A program made the translations under genes and the position numbers. From Cetorhinus maximus (Eukaryota), in the NCBI RefSeq assembly GCF_964194155.1, contig NC_135881.1, positions 123,132,001 through 123,196,000 of the forward strand: 64,000 nucleotides of DNA. Reading direction: 5' to 3'. Position 1 is the stretch's first letter; each line of letters begins with the position of its first letter. The notes under the pieces are model-generated. The model had not been told where the DNA came from. It did no database searches and saw only the letters and a list, made by a program, of their open reading frames with translations. This document shows, in pieces, positions 62,267-64,000 of the stretch.

Positions 62267-64000
62267 GGGCGACGTGGTGGTGATGTCACTGGACTAGTAA
62301 TCCTGAGCCCCAGGCTAATGCTTTAGGGACATGGGTTCAAATCCCACAACGACAGCTGGTGCAATTTAAAGCTATTATAATGGCGACCATGAAACCATTG
62401 TTGATTGTTGTAAAAACCCTAAAAATGAACTAATGCCCTTTAGGGAAGGAAATCTGTTGTCCTTACCTGGTCTGGCCTACATGTGATTCCAGCCCCACAG
62501 CAATGTGGTTGCTTCTTAAATGGCCCTCTGATATGGCCTAGGAAGCCACTCAGTTATATAAAACCACTACAAAGCCTAAGAAAAAAAGGAATGAAACCAG
62601 ACAGACCATTCAATAATGACCTAAGCACAGGAAATGACAACAGCAAACCCAGCCCTGTTGACCCCGCAAAGACCTCCTTACTAACATATAGGAGCTTGTG
62701 TCAAAATTGGGATAGCTGACCCATAGACTACTCAAGCAACAGCCTGACATAGTCATACTCAAGGAATCATACCTTACAGACCATGTCCCAGACACCACCA
62801 TCACCACCCCTGGGTATGTCCTGTCCCACCAACAGGACAGATCCACCAGAGGTGGTGGCACAGTGGTATACAGTTGGGAGGGAGTTGCCCTGGAAGTCCT
62901 CAACATCAGCTCCGGAACCCATGACGTCTCATGGCATCAGGTCAAACATGGGCAAGGAAGCCTCCTGCTCATTACCACCCCACCTCCCCGCCCTCCCTTG
63001 GCTGCTGAATCTGTACTCCCTATGTTTAATACCAATTGGAAGAAGCACCGAGGATGGCAAGGGCACAGAATGTATTCTGGGTGGGGGACTTGGATATCCA
63101 TAGCCAAGGGTGGCTTGTTAGCACCTCTACTGACCGAGTTGGCCAAGTTCTAAATGACATAGCTGCTAGACTGGGTCTGTGGCAGATGATGAGGGAACCA
63201 ACAAGAGGGAAAAACCAACTTGACCTCATCCTCACCAAGCTACATGTCGCAAATGCATCTGTTGATGACAGTATTGCTAGAATTGACCAGCATCCCCTTC
63301 GGAGATGAAGCCTCGCCTTCACATTGAGGCAATCCTCCATCACGTTGTGTGACACTCACCATGCTAACTGAGACAGATTGGGCATCCATGAGGCTTTGAA
63401 GGTCAACAGCAGCAGCAGAATTGTACTCAACCACAATCTGTAACTCATGGCCCAGCATATTCCCCACTTTATCATTATCATCAAGCCAGGGGATCAACCC
63501 TGATTCAATGAAGAGTACAGGAGGGCATGCCAGGAGCAGCACGAGGCATCCCTAAAAATGAGGTGTCAACCTGGTGAAACTACAACACAGGGCTACTTAC
63601 GTGAACAGCGGAAGCAGCATGCGATAGACAGAGCTAAGCGATCCCACAACCAGCAGATCAGATCTAAGCTCTGCAGTCCTGCCACATCCAGTCATGAATG
63701 GTGGCGGACAATTAAACAACTAACCAGAGGAGGCGGCTCCACAAATATCCCCATCCTCAATGATGGGGGAAGCATAGGACATCAGTGCAAATGACATTTT
63801 CAACCATCTTTAGCCAGAAGTGCCATGTGATCCATCTTGGCCTCCTCTGGAGGTCCCCAGCATCACAGATGCCAGTCTTCAGCCAATTCGATTCTCTCCA
63901 CATGATAACAAGAAATGGCCAAAGGCAGTGAATACTGCAAAGGCTATGGGTCCTGACAACATCCTGATAATAGTATTGAAGACTTGTGCTTCAGAACTAG
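62267..64000 (+). mobile_element. Non-LTR retrotransposon with tRNA-like 5' head and degraded APE-RT ORF, running off the window
   Basis: B-box GGTTCAAATCC at about 62333; PDIVILKESYL, PGY, DRSTRGGG, VGDLDIH, EPTRGKNQLDLILT, KAMGPDNI motifs. Confidence 0.85.

Noticed and set aside
62280-62350. tRNA gene
   Set aside because: Only a B-box-like head of a retroelement; no cloverleaf or oligo-T terminator
1-64000. CRISPR array, operons, or most other ORF-track entries as genes
   Set aside because: No regularly spaced repeat-spacer structure; the sequence is intron-rich vertebrate DNA and the short ORFs fall in repeats or are antisense shadows

Overview
Eukaryotic, AT-rich, repeat-dense vertebrate DNA; the repeat families look cartilaginous-fish (shark)-like, which is an inference. 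The only host gene I can support is a complete 8-exon ferroportin-family (SLC40A1-like) gene on the minus strand. Its CDS joins 54440-54362, 54191-54124, 49158-48999, 46709-46594, 37074-36948, 33077-32814, 28450-27728 and 14701-14349 (1890 nt, 629 aa, all introns GT-AG with matching phases). It keeps the metal-transport residues but differs from canonical ferroportin at regulatory positions: no visible 5' iron-responsive element, Y64V, Y333F, H32G, N212T and loss of linker lysines. It may therefore be a differently regulated paralog. The rest is transposable elements: a young Penelope-like insertion forming a 610-bp inverted repeat with a 14-bp target duplication and hammerhead ribozyme motifs, a PIF/Harbinger system (transposase and Myb remnants plus nine palindrome-rich MITEs), Gypsy LTR remnants with a tRNA-Pro primer site, and CR1, L2, RTE and other LINE fragments. 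Human ferroportin comparisons are from memory and were not run as alignments.
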